IMG/VR virus record: IMGVR_UViG_3300012952_000064 | Span: 1 to 32,709 of that record | From: a virus | Lineage: Duplodnaviria > Caudoviricetes | Direction: 5' to 3' (one strand) | DNA length: 32,709 bases | Shown: in pieces, positions 1 to 10,057 of the stretch | How positions within the stretch are numbered: the stretch's first letter is position 1 | How the letters are laid out: each line of letters opens with the position of its first letter | Position numbers and translations under genes: made by a program | Notes under the pieces: model-generated | What the model was told of the DNA's origin: nothing | Seen by the model: the letters and a program-made list of their open reading frames with translations, nothing else | Databases searched by the model: none

Positions 1-1
1 A

Positions 2-595
2 GGTATAAAACTACAATCTCAAAGTTTTACAATAAACTCTGCGAACACTTGGGAAAAGAAAACCATAACTATTGATGGCGATACTGCATTAGGTTTTCAA
101 AACACAACAGATGCAGAACTTTTGTTGTATTTTTGGTTGGCAGCAGGATCTAATTACACAGGTGGAGGTTCTTTAAATAACTCTTGGAACTCAAGCGTAG
201 CAAATAACACTAGAGCAGTAGGCTGTTTTAATTTAGCAAATAGTTCTGGAAATAATTTTTACATAACAGGTTTGCAATTAGAAGTTGGCGATAACGCCAC
301 ACCGTTTGAAAGACTGACTTATCAAGACCAACTACGCTTATGTCAAAGATATTATTATCAAACGGAAGGACAAGTTTTTTATAATGGTTATGGGACAAGT
401 GCTGACACTTATTCTCTTTCAAATGTTGAATTACCAACAGTTATGCGAGCTAACCCTACAGTTACAGATTCAGATACAGCTAATGGAAGTAGTTTTTCAA
501 CGGGAGCTATTAGTAGATTTATGATATATGGAGCAGCGACAAATAGTGCATCTGCCGCAGCAAGAGCAAAACTTTACGCAGTATCGGAGTTATAA
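2..595 (+). CDS. Tail fibre / receptor-binding protein, C-terminal part (5' truncated by window)
   Basis: Frame is open from position 2 (GIKLQSQSFTINSANTWEKKTITIDGDT...) into ORF 122..595; motif LQLEVGDNATPFE...LRLCQRYY is typical of phage fibre carbohydrate-binding-like C-terminal modules. Confidence 0.8.
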   Translation, partial: GIKLQSQSFTINSANTWEKKTITIDGDTALGFQNTTDAELLLYFWLAAGSNYTGGGSLNNSWNSSVANNTRAVGCFNLANSSGNNFYITGLQLEVGDNATPFERLTYQDQLRLCQRYYYQTEGQVFYNGYGTSADTYSLSNVELPTVMRANPTVTDSDTANGSSFSTGAISRFMIYGAATNSASAAARAKLYAVSEL

Positions 596-787
596 ATGTA
601 CGAAGGTCAAGAATTAAATATAACATCTGCAAAATACTTTAATGGCATTATTGGAGAAAAAGAAAGCATAAAGGCAACGATAGACGGACAGGTTATGTAT
701 GTTCCGTTAGATGAAAGTAACGCACACTACAAAGAAATCAAAAGACAAGTAGAAGCAGGAACATTAACCATAGAGGAAGCAGACTAA
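596..787 (+). CDS. Small tail-fibre-associated protein (possible assembly chaperone)
   Basis: 63 aa directly after the fibre; VPLDESNAHYKEI motif resembles small proteins that follow fibre genes in marine phages. Confidence 0.55.
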   Translation: MYEGQELNITSAKYFNGIIGEKESIKATIDGQVMYVPLDESNAHYKEIKRQVEAGTLTIEEAD

Positions 788-1749
788 TGACAACAAAAGT
801 ACCAGCAGAATTATCCAGCACACCGAGTATTTCAGATAGCGGAAATGCGACTGCAATAACTATAGGTTCAAATGAAAAAGTAGGAATAGGAACTACTTCA
901 ACTGACCATCAGTTATCTGTTAACGCAGCAGATTATGATGGTATACAACTTTTACAAGGCGGTACTGATACAGGATATATAGGTGTATACCACGATGGCT
1001 CAAGTACAGGAAGAATTTATCTTGGTGGTCTTTCATCAGTAGATATACAAACAGGTAATGGTGGAGTAACAGATGGTACAACAAGAGTAAGAGTTGACTC
1101 TTCTGGTGTTGGGATTGGAACTACAAGCATAACCTCTTCAACAGGTTGGTCGCCAAAATTAGTTTTAAGCGATACAAGTGCTGGACTAATTTTAAAAGGT
1201 ATCAATAGTCAAGAATGCAACATTGGTGTATCAAATGGTTTGTATCTTGATGCTTTAGGTTCAACAACAGCATCAAATAATATGATAATTTTTAGGACTT
1301 CAAACAGTAACAGTAATTTTTCTGCTGCAATTAGAATGGCTATTGATTCTTCTGGTTCTATCACAATGAATAACCTCTATGGCTCTGCAGCAGACCAAAA
1401 TGATGTTAGGTATAACGCTTCAAGTGGTTTACTTTTTTACAATACTTCTTCAAGGCGATATAAAGAAAATATCAAAGATATGCCAGATGGTGTTCTTGAT
1501 AAAATAAAACAAGCTAGGGTCGTTACTTTTGATGAAAAAGGAACAGATGTCTCAAGCTACGGTTTGATTGCAGAAGAATTAGATGAATTGATACCTGAAT
1601 TGGTAACAAGAAAAGAAATAGATGGAGAACTTGTTCCTGAAAGTATTGTTTACAGTAAGATAGGAGTATGGGTTTTAAAAGCAATGCAGGAACAACAAGA
1701 ACAGATTGAAGCCTTACAATCTGAAATTAACACACTCAAAGGAGAATAA
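787..1749 (+). CDS. Tail fibre/spike with C-terminal peptidase S74 intramolecular chaperone
   Basis: VGIGTT repeats; SSRRYKENI autocleavage motif; YGLIAEEL; terminal coiled coil LKAMQEQQEQIEALQSEINTLK. Confidence 0.88.
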   Translation: MTTKVPAELSSTPSISDSGNATAITIGSNEKVGIGTTSTDHQLSVNAADYDGIQLLQGGTDTGYIGVYHDGSSTGRIYLGGLSSVDIQTGNGGVTDGTTRVRVDSSGVGIGTTSITSSTGWSPKLVLSDTSAGLILKGINSQECNIGVSNGLYLDALGSTTASNNMIIFRTSNSNSNFSAAIRMAIDSSGSITMNNLYGSAADQNDVRYNASSGLLFYNTSSRRYKENIKDMPDGVLDKIKQARVVTFDEKGTDVSSYGLIAEELDELIPELVTRKEIDGELVPESIVYSKIGVWVLKAMQEQQEQIEALQSEINTLKGE

Positions 1750-1750
1750 A

Positions 1751-2110
1751 ATGGCTATATCTTATTCATGGAATGTAAGTACAGTTGATACTTACCCTAC
1801 GAAAGATTCCAAGTCGGATGTAGTACACAACGTCCATTGGCGACTAACAGCCACTGATGATAGTAACACTGTAAAAGATATGGATGGTAATGACATTCCT
1901 GTTTCTGCAAATGTTTATGGCAGTCAATCGCTAGACACTTCAGACTTATCAAGTTTCAAAGCCTTTGCAGACTTAACAGCAAGTGATGTGCAAGGCTGGG
2001 TAGAAACTGCTTTAGGCTCTGATAAGGTTTCTGAAATGAAAGCTAGTCTTGATGCTCAGATAGCAGAAAAGATTACACCAATAACAGTAACTAAAACTAT
2101 AGGAGAATAA
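1751..2110 (+). CDS. Conserved tail-associated hypothetical protein
   Basis: Likely start MAISYSWNV at 1751 with GGAG SD at 1741; VHNVHWRLTA motif; lies among fibre genes. Confidence 0.65.
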   Translation: MAISYSWNVSTVDTYPTKDSKSDVVHNVHWRLTATDDSNTVKDMDGNDIPVSANVYGSQSLDTSDLSSFKAFADLTASDVQGWVETALGSDKVSEMKASLDAQIAEKITPITVTKTIGE

Positions 2111-2152
2111 TTGATTCTCAAGAACTGCCTGAATAGTCTATAATAAAAAGCT

Positions 2153-3121
2153 ATGACAACGACAACTAACTTAGGATTAACCAAGCCAACCGTAGGTGGT
2201 TCAGCTAATACTTGGGGAACTACCCTAAACGATAATTTAGATTCTGTAGATGCTATTTTTGCGTCAGCAGGTAACGGCACATCTGTTGGTTTACAAGTTG
2301 GTTCAGGTAAAACTTTAGATGTTTCAGCAGGAACTTTAACTTTAGCTGACAATCAAATATCAGGAAACAAAGTAGAAGGCGGAACTATTGCAGCTATAAC
2401 AATAACTTCTTTAACTGCTACTGCTTTATCATCTTCTTCTGTCAATATAGATGGAGGAGCAATAGACGGCACTCCAATTGGTGCTAGTTCTGTAAGTACA
2501 GGAGCGTTTAGCACTATAAGCAGTTCAGGGGCAGCCACCTTAAGCTCTTTATCAACTTCGTCAGCAGACATTAACGGTGGTGCGATAGACGGTACAACTG
2601 TTGGATCAAGTTCAGCAAGCACAGGTAATTTCACCAGCGTAAGCATTAGCGGAACTGATATATTTAGAAAAATTTACCCTGTTGGATCAGTTTATATATC
2701 TACAACAAGCACAAATCCCGCTACTTTATTTGGAATAGGTACTTGGGTTTCAATAGGTTCGGGCAGAGTTTTACAAGCAATTACTAGTGGTTCTGGCGGT
2801 CAAAACGGTGGAAGTTCAAGCAAAACAGTAACTATAAATGTTACTTCTAACGGTAGTCACTCGCACGTACACCAATGGTATGACGGCACAAGGTCTAGTG
2901 CATCTAAAGGTATTGATATGGCTTCTAGCACTTCTGGTCACAGAAGCGGTTCATTCAACTCAACTGGTAATGCAGTTGACTTTAGTGGCGATCCAGATAC
3001 AAACGATTACTATACAGCTCAAGCATCTTCAACAACTATTACGGTAAATGGTACGGGATCAACTTCAGTAGATACGACTCAAGCACACTTTACAGTTTAT
3101 ATGTGGTATAGAACAGCCTAG
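2153..3121 (+). CDS. Tail fibre / baseplate-wedge-like protein (T4 gp10 C-terminal-like domain)
   Basis: N-terminal anchor TTTTNLGLTKP..WG..LN.NLD; IDGGAIDGT repeats; IYPVGSVYISTTSTNPATLFGIGTW..GSGRVL and terminal VYMWYRTA. Confidence 0.8.
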   Translation: MTTTTNLGLTKPTVGGSANTWGTTLNDNLDSVDAIFASAGNGTSVGLQVGSGKTLDVSAGTLTLADNQISGNKVEGGTIAAITITSLTATALSSSSVNIDGGAIDGTPIGASSVSTGAFSTISSSGAATLSSLSTSSADINGGAIDGTTVGSSSASTGNFTSVSISGTDIFRKIYPVGSVYISTTSTNPATLFGIGTWVSIGSGRVLQAITSGSGGQNGGSSSKTVTINVTSNGSHSHVHQWYDGTRSSASKGIDMASSTSGHRSGSFNSTGNAVDFSGDPDTNDYYTAQASSTTITVNGTGSTSVDTTQAHFTVYMWYRTA

Positions 3122-3131
3122 AGGTTAAATT

Positions 3132-4655
3132 ATGGCTTTGGTCACAATAACACCACCTGCAGGCATAGTTAAAAACGGAACAGAATACGCCAACAAAACT
3201 CGTTGGGTTGACGGTAATTTAGTACGTTTTGAAAACGGTTTTCTAAAACCTATTGGTGGTTGGGAAAAATTATTTAATACTGCACTTACAGGTACACCTA
3301 TAGGCATGTACGCTTATACCGATAATAGCGGTAATAAAGTTTTAGGTATTGGCACAAGAGAAAAAATATATGTTTTATACCAAGATACTTTATACGATTT
3401 AACTTCAAGCATTACTTCTCCTGCTTACAATGATGATAGTGGTCTTGATCCTTTAGGCTACGGAGCAGGTTTATATGGAAAAGAAAATTGGGGCTCTATT
3501 AGATCAGGTACAGGTACAGGCGGTCCTTCTGGCTTATCATTCTTAACTAAGTCTTTTAGCTTTGATAACTTTGGAGAGAACTTACTTATATGCTCTGCAA
3601 GTGATGGCAGGGTATTTCAATGGAGCCCATCATCTCCTAGCACAATTTCTACTTTATCTAACGCACCAACTAACAATACTGCAGTAGTTGTTACCAATGA
3701 AAGGCACGTTGTTTGTATAGGTGCTGGCGGAGACTCAAGAAAAATAAAATGGAGTGAAAGAGAAAACAGCACATCATGGACGGCTGCAGCTAACAATACT
3801 GCAGGAGATTTACAAATAGCAACAGGAGGACAAGCTCATTATGCGGTTAAATATAGAGGAGATATTATTATTTTTACTGACGTTGGTATCAACCGTTTGT
3901 ATTATGTCGGGGCACCTTTTACATATGGTATAGCTGAAGCAGGTACAAACTGTAAAGCGATTAGTAGAAGATGTATCGTTCAAGCAGGTGAATTTTTAAC
4001 ATGGATGGGGGAGAACTCATTCTTTATTTATGACGGTGCAGTTAGAGAAATAAAATCAGACGTGCATGATTTTGTATTTGATGATTTACATACCTTATAC
4101 AGATTAACAACTTGCGGTGGGCACAACCAAAAACACAATGAAGTATGGTGGTTCTTTCCATCTGGCACGTCACAAACACCAAACAAATATGTTATTTGGA
4201 ACTATTTAGACAATGTTTGGTCTGTTGGTGAACTATCAAGAAACTGTTGGATTGATGAAGGTGCTTTTGATTTTTCACTAGCTGCTGATAATAATAATCA
4301 AATCTTACAACATGACTTTGGTACTTTATTTAACTCACCAGATTTAGGCACAACACAGCCGTTTTGTGAAACAGGTCCATTAGAAATAGGACAAGGCGAC
4401 AGACTTGCACAAGTAAATCAGATATTACCTGATGAAAAGACTACTACTTTACCTGCTGTTACTTTAAGTTTTAAAGGTAGAAATACACCTTTAGGTGCAG
4501 AAACAGACTTCGGTTCTTTTAGTTTTGCAACTGATGGATATACTGATGCTAGATTTACAGCTAGACAAATACAAATGAAAGTTACCGGTGATACCGACCA
4601 AGCATTTCAAGTAGGTAATGTTAGAGCTGATATAAAACAAAGAGGTAAAAGATAA
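3132..4655 (+). CDS. Tail hub/nozzle (P22 gp10-like DNA stabilization / head-closure protein)
   Basis: 507 aa, beta-rich; NLVRFENG near N-terminus; IKWSERE, EVWWFFP motifs; located just before ejection genes. Confidence 0.75.
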   Translation: MALVTITPPAGIVKNGTEYANKTRWVDGNLVRFENGFLKPIGGWEKLFNTALTGTPIGMYAYTDNSGNKVLGIGTREKIYVLYQDTLYDLTSSITSPAYNDDSGLDPLGYGAGLYGKENWGSIRSGTGTGGPSGLSFLTKSFSFDNFGENLLICSASDGRVFQWSPSSPSTISTLSNAPTNNTAVVVTNERHVVCIGAGGDSRKIKWSERENSTSWTAAANNTAGDLQIATGGQAHYAVKYRGDIIIFTDVGINRLYYVGAPFTYGIAEAGTNCKAISRRCIVQAGEFLTWMGENSFFIYDGAVREIKSDVHDFVFDDLHTLYRLTTCGGHNQKHNEVWWFFPSGTSQTPNKYVIWNYLDNVWSVGELSRNCWIDEGAFDFSLAADNNNQILQHDFGTLFNSPDLGTTQPFCETGPLEIGQGDRLAQVNQILPDEKTTTLPAVTLSFKGRNTPLGAETDFGSFSFATDGYTDARFTARQIQMKVTGDTDQAFQVGNVRADIKQRGKR

Positions 4656-5020
4656 TGGATTTATCTGCAAAACCTCAATATATACAAAGAGCTATTAACG
4701 TAAAACATTCTTTTTCAGCTACTACGCAACAAACTATTTATACAGCACCAACAGGCGATGATTTTACTTTTGCTATAGTTGAAGGCATATTTGCTTGCGA
4801 TCACGGTAATCAACAAACAAACCTAGATATATCAATAACCGATACAAGTTCTGTTGAGTTTTTTTTATTTAAACAAAAAAATATAAGTGCATATAACACT
4901 TTAGAATTAATTACAAACTCAGGTCTTATTTTAAAACAAGGCGAAATCATCAAAGCACAAGTTAATCACGCAAATATAGATTTAGTTTTTAGCGTTATAG
5001 AATATGCAAAAGGTGACTAA
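4655..5020 (+). CDS. Hypothetical virion-region protein
   Basis: 121 aa ORF coupled to upstream gene by TAATG overlap. Confidence 0.6.
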   Translation: MDLSAKPQYIQRAINVKHSFSATTQQTIYTAPTGDDFTFAIVEGIFACDHGNQQTNLDISITDTSSVEFFLFKQKNISAYNTLELITNSGLILKQGEIIKAQVNHANIDLVFSVIEYAKGD

Positions 5021-5384
5021 ACTTCCTGAATGGCAAGTACAATGGCAGCGTTGTAAGCCAATCATTGAAAAAGCTATAAAACATCAATCAGCATATACAA
5101 TAGACGATATAGAAGATAAAATAAGGGAGGGTATATTCCTGTTATGGGCTGGTAAACAATCAGCTTTTATAACTGAGTTTATAACCTTTCCGCAAGAAAT
5201 AGCGATGAATTTGCTGTTTTGTGGTGGTAAATACGAAGAACTAGAGGAAATGTTAGATTCTATAATCGTTTTTGCTAAAGGTGCTGGAGCAACAAAACTT
5301 TACGGTGGAGGTAGACCCGGCTGGAAAAGAAAACTAAAACATCTTGGTTTTAAAACAGAGAACATAATAAGTAAAGATATATAA
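5004..5384 (+). CDS. Tail assembly protein, possible GNAT-like fold (T7 gp13/P22 gp14 position)
   Basis: 126 aa between hub and ejection genes; GGGRPGWKRKLKHLGFK ending resembles this family. Confidence 0.55.
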   Translation: MQKVTKLPEWQVQWQRCKPIIEKAIKHQSAYTIDDIEDKIREGIFLLWAGKQSAFITEFITFPQEIAMNLLFCGGKYEELEEMLDSIIVFAKGAGATKLYGGGRPGWKRKLKHLGFKTENIISKDI

Positions 5385-6388
5385 TGGCAAAAGGATCACA
5401 AAGACAAGAAGCAATAGTACCTGAGTATTTAGAATCAGGATTTGAAGCTTTATCAGAATTAGGGCAAGAAGCAGCAGCACGTCCTTTTATGGGTTACGAA
5501 GGCGATAGGATAGCTGGTTTTTCACCACAAGAATTACAAGCACAACAAGCCATACAAGGTTTATTTGGTCAAGCTATGGGTACATCACCGTTAACTAGCT
5601 TGCAGCAATTAGCTGGCACACCACAGTTTCAGTTTGCGGGGGCTACACCTTCTATTTCTCCTGTATCTGTAACTCCCGCATCTTTACTTCAAGCTGACAT
5701 ATCTGCATATCAATCACCTTTTCAACAACAAGTAATTGATTTAGCAATGGAAGATATTCGTAGAGAAGAAGATATTGCTAGAGGAGCAGCACAAGATAGA
5801 GCTATCGGTGCTGGTGCTTTCGGTGGTTCTAGGTCTGCATTATTAGAAACAGAAGCAACTAGACCTTTTGTTGAGCAAAGAGCCAGAACTGCAGCAGGAT
5901 TAAGGCAAGCAGGCTTTGAGCAAGCTGCAGCATTAGCAGAAGCCGATGTAGCTAGACAGCAACAAGCAGAATTAGAAAGAGCTAGAATGGCTCAACAAGT
6001 TGGTTTGTTAGAACCAGAATTACAATTAAGAAGAGATATAGCAGGTGCCGATATTGCCGGCAGACAAAGAGCTGCACAAACCGGTTTACTTGGCGACCTT
6101 TACGGCTTACAAACTGGTGCTATAACAGCTTTAGGTGGTGTAGGCGAACAACAAAGAGGATTAGAACAACAAAGAAGAGACATTGCTTTTTCAGACTTTA
6201 TGAGAGAACAAGGCTACCCAGCAGAACAAATTAGTTTATTAGGTAGTGCTTTATCAGGTATATCTCCTAGCGTTATTGGTCAAAGAACTAGTCAAACTAC
6301 CGGTATTGGAGACATACTAGCTGGCGGTGCTGCTGCAACACTAGGTTTAGCAGGATCAGGTTTCTTTGGAACTCCGTTTGGAAAATAA
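5384..6388 (+). CDS. Ejection (DNA transfer / internal virion) protein, gp7-like
   Basis: Ala/Gln/Gly-rich helical protein; GAGAFGGSRSAL motif; C-terminal Gly-rich hydrophobic segment. Confidence 0.75.
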   Translation: MAKGSQRQEAIVPEYLESGFEALSELGQEAAARPFMGYEGDRIAGFSPQELQAQQAIQGLFGQAMGTSPLTSLQQLAGTPQFQFAGATPSISPVSVTPASLLQADISAYQSPFQQQVIDLAMEDIRREEDIARGAAQDRAIGAGAFGGSRSALLETEATRPFVEQRARTAAGLRQAGFEQAAALAEADVARQQQAELERARMAQQVGLLEPELQLRRDIAGADIAGRQRAAQTGLLGDLYGLQTGAITALGGVGEQQRGLEQQRRDIAFSDFMREQGYPAEQISLLGSALSGISPSVIGQRTSQTTGIGDILAGGAAATLGLAGSGFFGTPFGK

Positions 6389-6393
6389 TAATT

Positions 6394-7029
6394 ATGTTAA
6401 TGTTACCTAAAATAAAAATAAATCCTAATACTAAGATGGCAGAAAACTTGCCTTCATACAGTACAAAATCAATTTTTGATGTAAACGCTCAACCATCTGG
6501 GTTCAATCCTAATTTAAAAATGAACGCAGAAACTTTGATGAAAGAACCGTTTATGCAAGATATGTCTGCTCAAGTTGGCGTACAAAAAAAATTACCTAAA
6601 AAAGAACGAAGTGCTTTTTATAAAGGTTTAGAAAGACTTGGTGGTGAAGGCGGAGTTAATCAAGGTCTTAAAGAGTTTGCATCTATTATTAGCGATGCTT
6701 TCTTTGGCGACAGAGGAGTGCAAGCTGGTATAGAAGCTAGAGAGTTAGCAAGAGTAGAAGCACAACCTGATGCTATAGATGCAGGTGAATTTATAAGATT
6801 ACAAGAAGCACAAGTTCTACAAGCTTTACAAGCTGCACCGGGAACAAATATACAAGAAAAATTACAATCTTTAACGCCTTATCAACAAGATGTTTACAAC
6901 AACTACGTAAAAAAATCTGGCGGAACAATTGATGAACTTCTTACATTGTTTTCACAAAATAATATCAATACTTCTAATAATAATAATTCTCGTGTTAGAA
7001 AAGAATATTTAGTAGAAGAAATAGATTGA
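6394..7029 (+). CDS. Putative second ejection protein
   Basis: 211 aa between two ejection-type genes; assignment by synteny only. Confidence 0.5.
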   Translation: MLMLPKIKINPNTKMAENLPSYSTKSIFDVNAQPSGFNPNLKMNAETLMKEPFMQDMSAQVGVQKKLPKKERSAFYKGLERLGGEGGVNQGLKEFASIISDAFFGDRGVQAGIEARELARVEAQPDAIDAGEFIRLQEAQVLQALQAAPGTNIQEKLQSLTPYQQDVYNNYVKKSGGTIDELLTLFSQNNINTSNNNNSRVRKEYLVEEID

Positions 7030-7030
7030 A

Positions 7031-10000
7031 ATGCCCTCTTATAAGGTTACTAGTCCAGAAGGTAAAACTTTAAAAATAACTGGTGATAGACCTCCTTCAC
7101 AGGAAGAATTAAATCAAATTTTTTCAGAATACAATAAAAAACAAAAACCTGTAATTGAGCAAGAAAAACCTGAAAAACTTACTGAAGCAACTATTATTCA
7201 AGACCCTAACTGGATATCTGCATCAAAATCTGTTTACAAAATGAATGAGGGGCAAGATGCTCCTGAGCTAAATTCAGATGAGCAATATGCAAAATATGGT
7301 CTTAGGTATATGGGTTGGTTTAACTATAACCTTCCTAAGATGGGTCTTGAAGCAACTCAACTTACTTCTGCAACAGACGAACAAAAAAAAGATTTTGTCA
7401 CTTTAATGGATATGTATGATGAAAAAGCCCCAAGCGTTGCAGGTTTTGGAAGAGCAGTTAAAGGTATTTTATTTGATCCATCAACATATGTGGGAGCAGC
7501 TACTTTTGGTGCTGCTACTGCGGGGTCTCAAGCATTAAAAGTAGGAATTAAAGAGGGTGTAAAACAAGCTACAAAAGCAGGGTTATCAAGAGGTGCAAAA
7601 GTAGGTGCTTTAGAAGGTGCTGCTTATACTGCTGCTGACAATGCTTTAAGACAATCCACAAGAATAACAGCAGGTCAGCAAGATAATTTTGATTTTGGTC
7701 AAACAGCTAAAACTGCTGGTATAGGTGCAGCAGCAGGTTCAGTTCTTGGTGGTACACTTGGAGCGATAGGAGGAAGAGTTTCCGCAAGAAAAGCTCAAGA
7801 AAAGATAGCTAATATTGAAGAAGAGTCTTTACAAAAAGTAGATCAAAAACAAACTGTAGAAGAAGCCAGTCAAGAAGTTGAACAAGATGTTGAAAAATTT
7901 AATAGAGAAACGGCTGAAGAAATTAGAGAAGAAAAAGCAACCTTGGGTGAAGGGTTGCAAGCAGATATTGATTTAGAGTTAAGTCAAAAAGGTGTAGATG
8001 TAGGAATACAAATTTTAGATGAGCTAAACATTCCAAGAGACCCAACCATACAAGTATCAGATCAAATCTTTCAAGCTTTGCAGTTAGTAAATAGAGATTC
8101 AGGATATAAAGAAGCATTTTTAAATATTTTACAAAAAAATAATATTGATCTGGTTGAGTTTGGACAGTTATTTAAATTAGGTGCTTCTGATGCTGGTAAA
8201 AGATTAGCTCAATTAAGTGTTGCAAAAAAATCTATGAAAGATATTGGCGATCAATTATCTGGATTAGCACCAAAAGAAGGAATGGCAGATGGTTTATTAA
8301 GAAAGTTTGGTGATTCTGCTTATGCTTTAGATAATGTAAGAAGGGGTTTATTAGTAAGTCAAATTGCAACTTCAATGCGTAACTTTACCGCACAAATAGG
8401 TAGGGTTGGTGTGCATACTTTAGTAAAAGGTATGGATAATGCTTTAAATGCAACTTTCAATCCATTAAGAAAACTTTTTGGAGCAGAAGCAGCTCCGGTA
8501 GACCATACAAACACTTTTGGGTTGTTATTAAATTTAACTAAAAATACAAAATTTGCTAAAGATGCAACAGAGTTTACAACAAAATATTTTGTAAATGAAA
8601 AAGATAGACTCTTTAACCGTTACGCATCTGATGTAGCAGTAGCTTCTGATAAAGGAGTTATGAAAGGTGCACAAAAAGTAGTTGATGGTTTAAATATAGT
8701 AAACCGTATGCAAGAATTTTATTATAGAAGAGGTATGTTTGCTTCTTCCTTAGAAGAAACTCTTAGAAAAAAAGGTGTATCTTTAAAAGAAGCTGTAGAA
8801 AATAATGATATTTCAAAAATTACAAAAGCAGATATTGAAAAAGCTGTTGACGATGCTCTTGAGTTTACTTATGCAAAAACACCTGACAATAAATTAGGTA
8901 AAGCCTTTGTAGATTTATCTAATTCAATACCTTTTATAACAACTGGTGTTGTTCCATTTGCTAGATTTATGGCAAATGCTATGAAGTTTCAATTTGAGCA
9001 CAGTCCTTTAGGACCGCTTTCTCTATTAACTAAAGCAGAAAGAGCTAAAGTTGCTAAAGGAGATATGAGCGTATTTAGTAAATCTATGATTGGTAGTGCT
9101 TTGTTAATGTCTGCAGTAGAAGCTAAAAGAAGAGGATTTGGTGGTGAAAAATGGTATGAATTAAAAGGAGAAGATGGGACAACTATAGATGCTAGACCTT
9201 ATTTTCCAATGACACCGTATCTTTTAGTTGCAGATATTATTGTCAGAGCAGAAGAAGGAAGAATACCTCTTGACTCAAAAGATATTTTACAAGGATTAAC
9301 AGGTGCACAATTTAGAGCAGGGGCAGGATTAGCTTTAGTAGATGATTTTGTTAATGATTTAGCTGGTGTTGATAGTGAACAAAAAATATCAAGAAAAGTG
9401 TCAAGGTTTGTGTCAGATGTTTTAGGTGGTTATTTAACACCTTTCAGAATGTTAGGTGATTTTTTCAATCAACAACAAACTTTTAGAACTGCTTTACCAG
9501 AAAGATTTTCATATGAAGATATTCCTCAGAATGTTTTAGAACAATTTAAAACTAGCATACCGGGACTTAGGGAAACTTTACCAGAAGTAGAATCACCAAC
9601 AAGAGCTGCAGCTCCGGGAAGACCAGAAACAGTAAAAATACCTTTTACTGATATAGAAGTTCCCGGACCTCTAGCAAGACAACTTACAGGTATTACTGTT
9701 AGAGAAGCTAAAAATCCTGCAGAAAAAGAATTAGATAGACTTGGTTTCAAAAGAAGAGAAATACTTCCATACACAGGTGATCCAATAGTAGATCAATCTA
9801 ATGCAAGATATTTAGGACCTTTAGTAGAAACAGTTGTTTCTTCAATAGTAGAAACAGAAAAATATAAAAAGTTAAGAAATCCTGAAAAAGAAATTCTTAT
9901 GAGAAAGGTGCTTACAGAGTTAAGAAAGACAGCAAAAGAATATTCCGTGCTTGAAAATCCAGCAAGATTTATAGGAATTTATTTAAATAGATTACCTAAA

Positions 10001-10054
10001 GCACAAAGAAAACTTATAGATATTGAAGCAATTCAAGAAAAATTAATTTACTAA
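7031..10054 (+). CDS. Large ejection / internal virion protein
   Basis: 1007 aa, helical; DPSTYVG followed by Gly/Ala-rich hydrophobic helices; VPFARF motif; last large gene of the virion operon. Confidence 0.75.
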   Translation: MPSYKVTSPEGKTLKITGDRPPSQEELNQIFSEYNKKQKPVIEQEKPEKLTEATIIQDPNWISASKSVYKMNEGQDAPELNSDEQYAKYGLRYMGWFNYNLPKMGLEATQLTSATDEQKKDFVTLMDMYDEKAPSVAGFGRAVKGILFDPSTYVGAATFGAATAGSQALKVGIKEGVKQATKAGLSRGAKVGALEGAAYTAADNALRQSTRITAGQQDNFDFGQTAKTAGIGAAAGSVLGGTLGAIGGRVSARKAQEKIANIEEESLQKVDQKQTVEEASQEVEQDVEKFNRETAEEIREEKATLGEGLQADIDLELSQKGVDVGIQILDELNIPRDPTIQVSDQIFQALQLVNRDSGYKEAFLNILQKNNIDLVEFGQLFKLGASDAGKRLAQLSVAKKSMKDIGDQLSGLAPKEGMADGLLRKFGDSAYALDNVRRGLLVSQIATSMRNFTAQIGRVGVHTLVKGMDNALNATFNPLRKLFGAEAAPVDHTNTFGLLLNLTKNTKFAKDATEFTTKYFVNEKDRLFNRYASDVAVASDKGVMKGAQKVVDGLNIVNRMQEFYYRRGMFASSLEETLRKKGVSLKEAVENNDISKITKADIEKAVDDALEFTYAKTPDNKLGKAFVDLSNSIPFITTGVVPFARFMANAMKFQFEHSPLGPLSLLTKAERAKVAKGDMSVFSKSMIGSALLMSAVEAKRRGFGGEKWYELKGEDGTTIDARPYFPMTPYLLVADIIVRAEEGRIPLDSKDILQGLTGAQFRAGAGLALVDDFVNDLAGVDSEQKISRKVSRFVSDVLGGYLTPFRMLGDFFNQQQTFRTALPERFSYEDIPQNVLEQFKTSIPGLRETLPEVESPTRAAAPGRPETVKIPFTDIEVPGPLARQLTGITVREAKNPAEKELDRLGFKRREILPYTGDPIVDQSNARYLGPLVETVVSSIVETEKYKKLRNPEKEILMRKVLTELRKTAKEYSVLENPARFIGIYLNRLPKAQRKLIDIEAIQEKLIY

Positions 10055-10057
10055 ACT

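Noticed and set aside
2-3121. Diversity-generating retroelement targeting fibre C-termini
   Set aside because: No reverse transcriptase and no TR/VR pair differing at adenines was seen in the window
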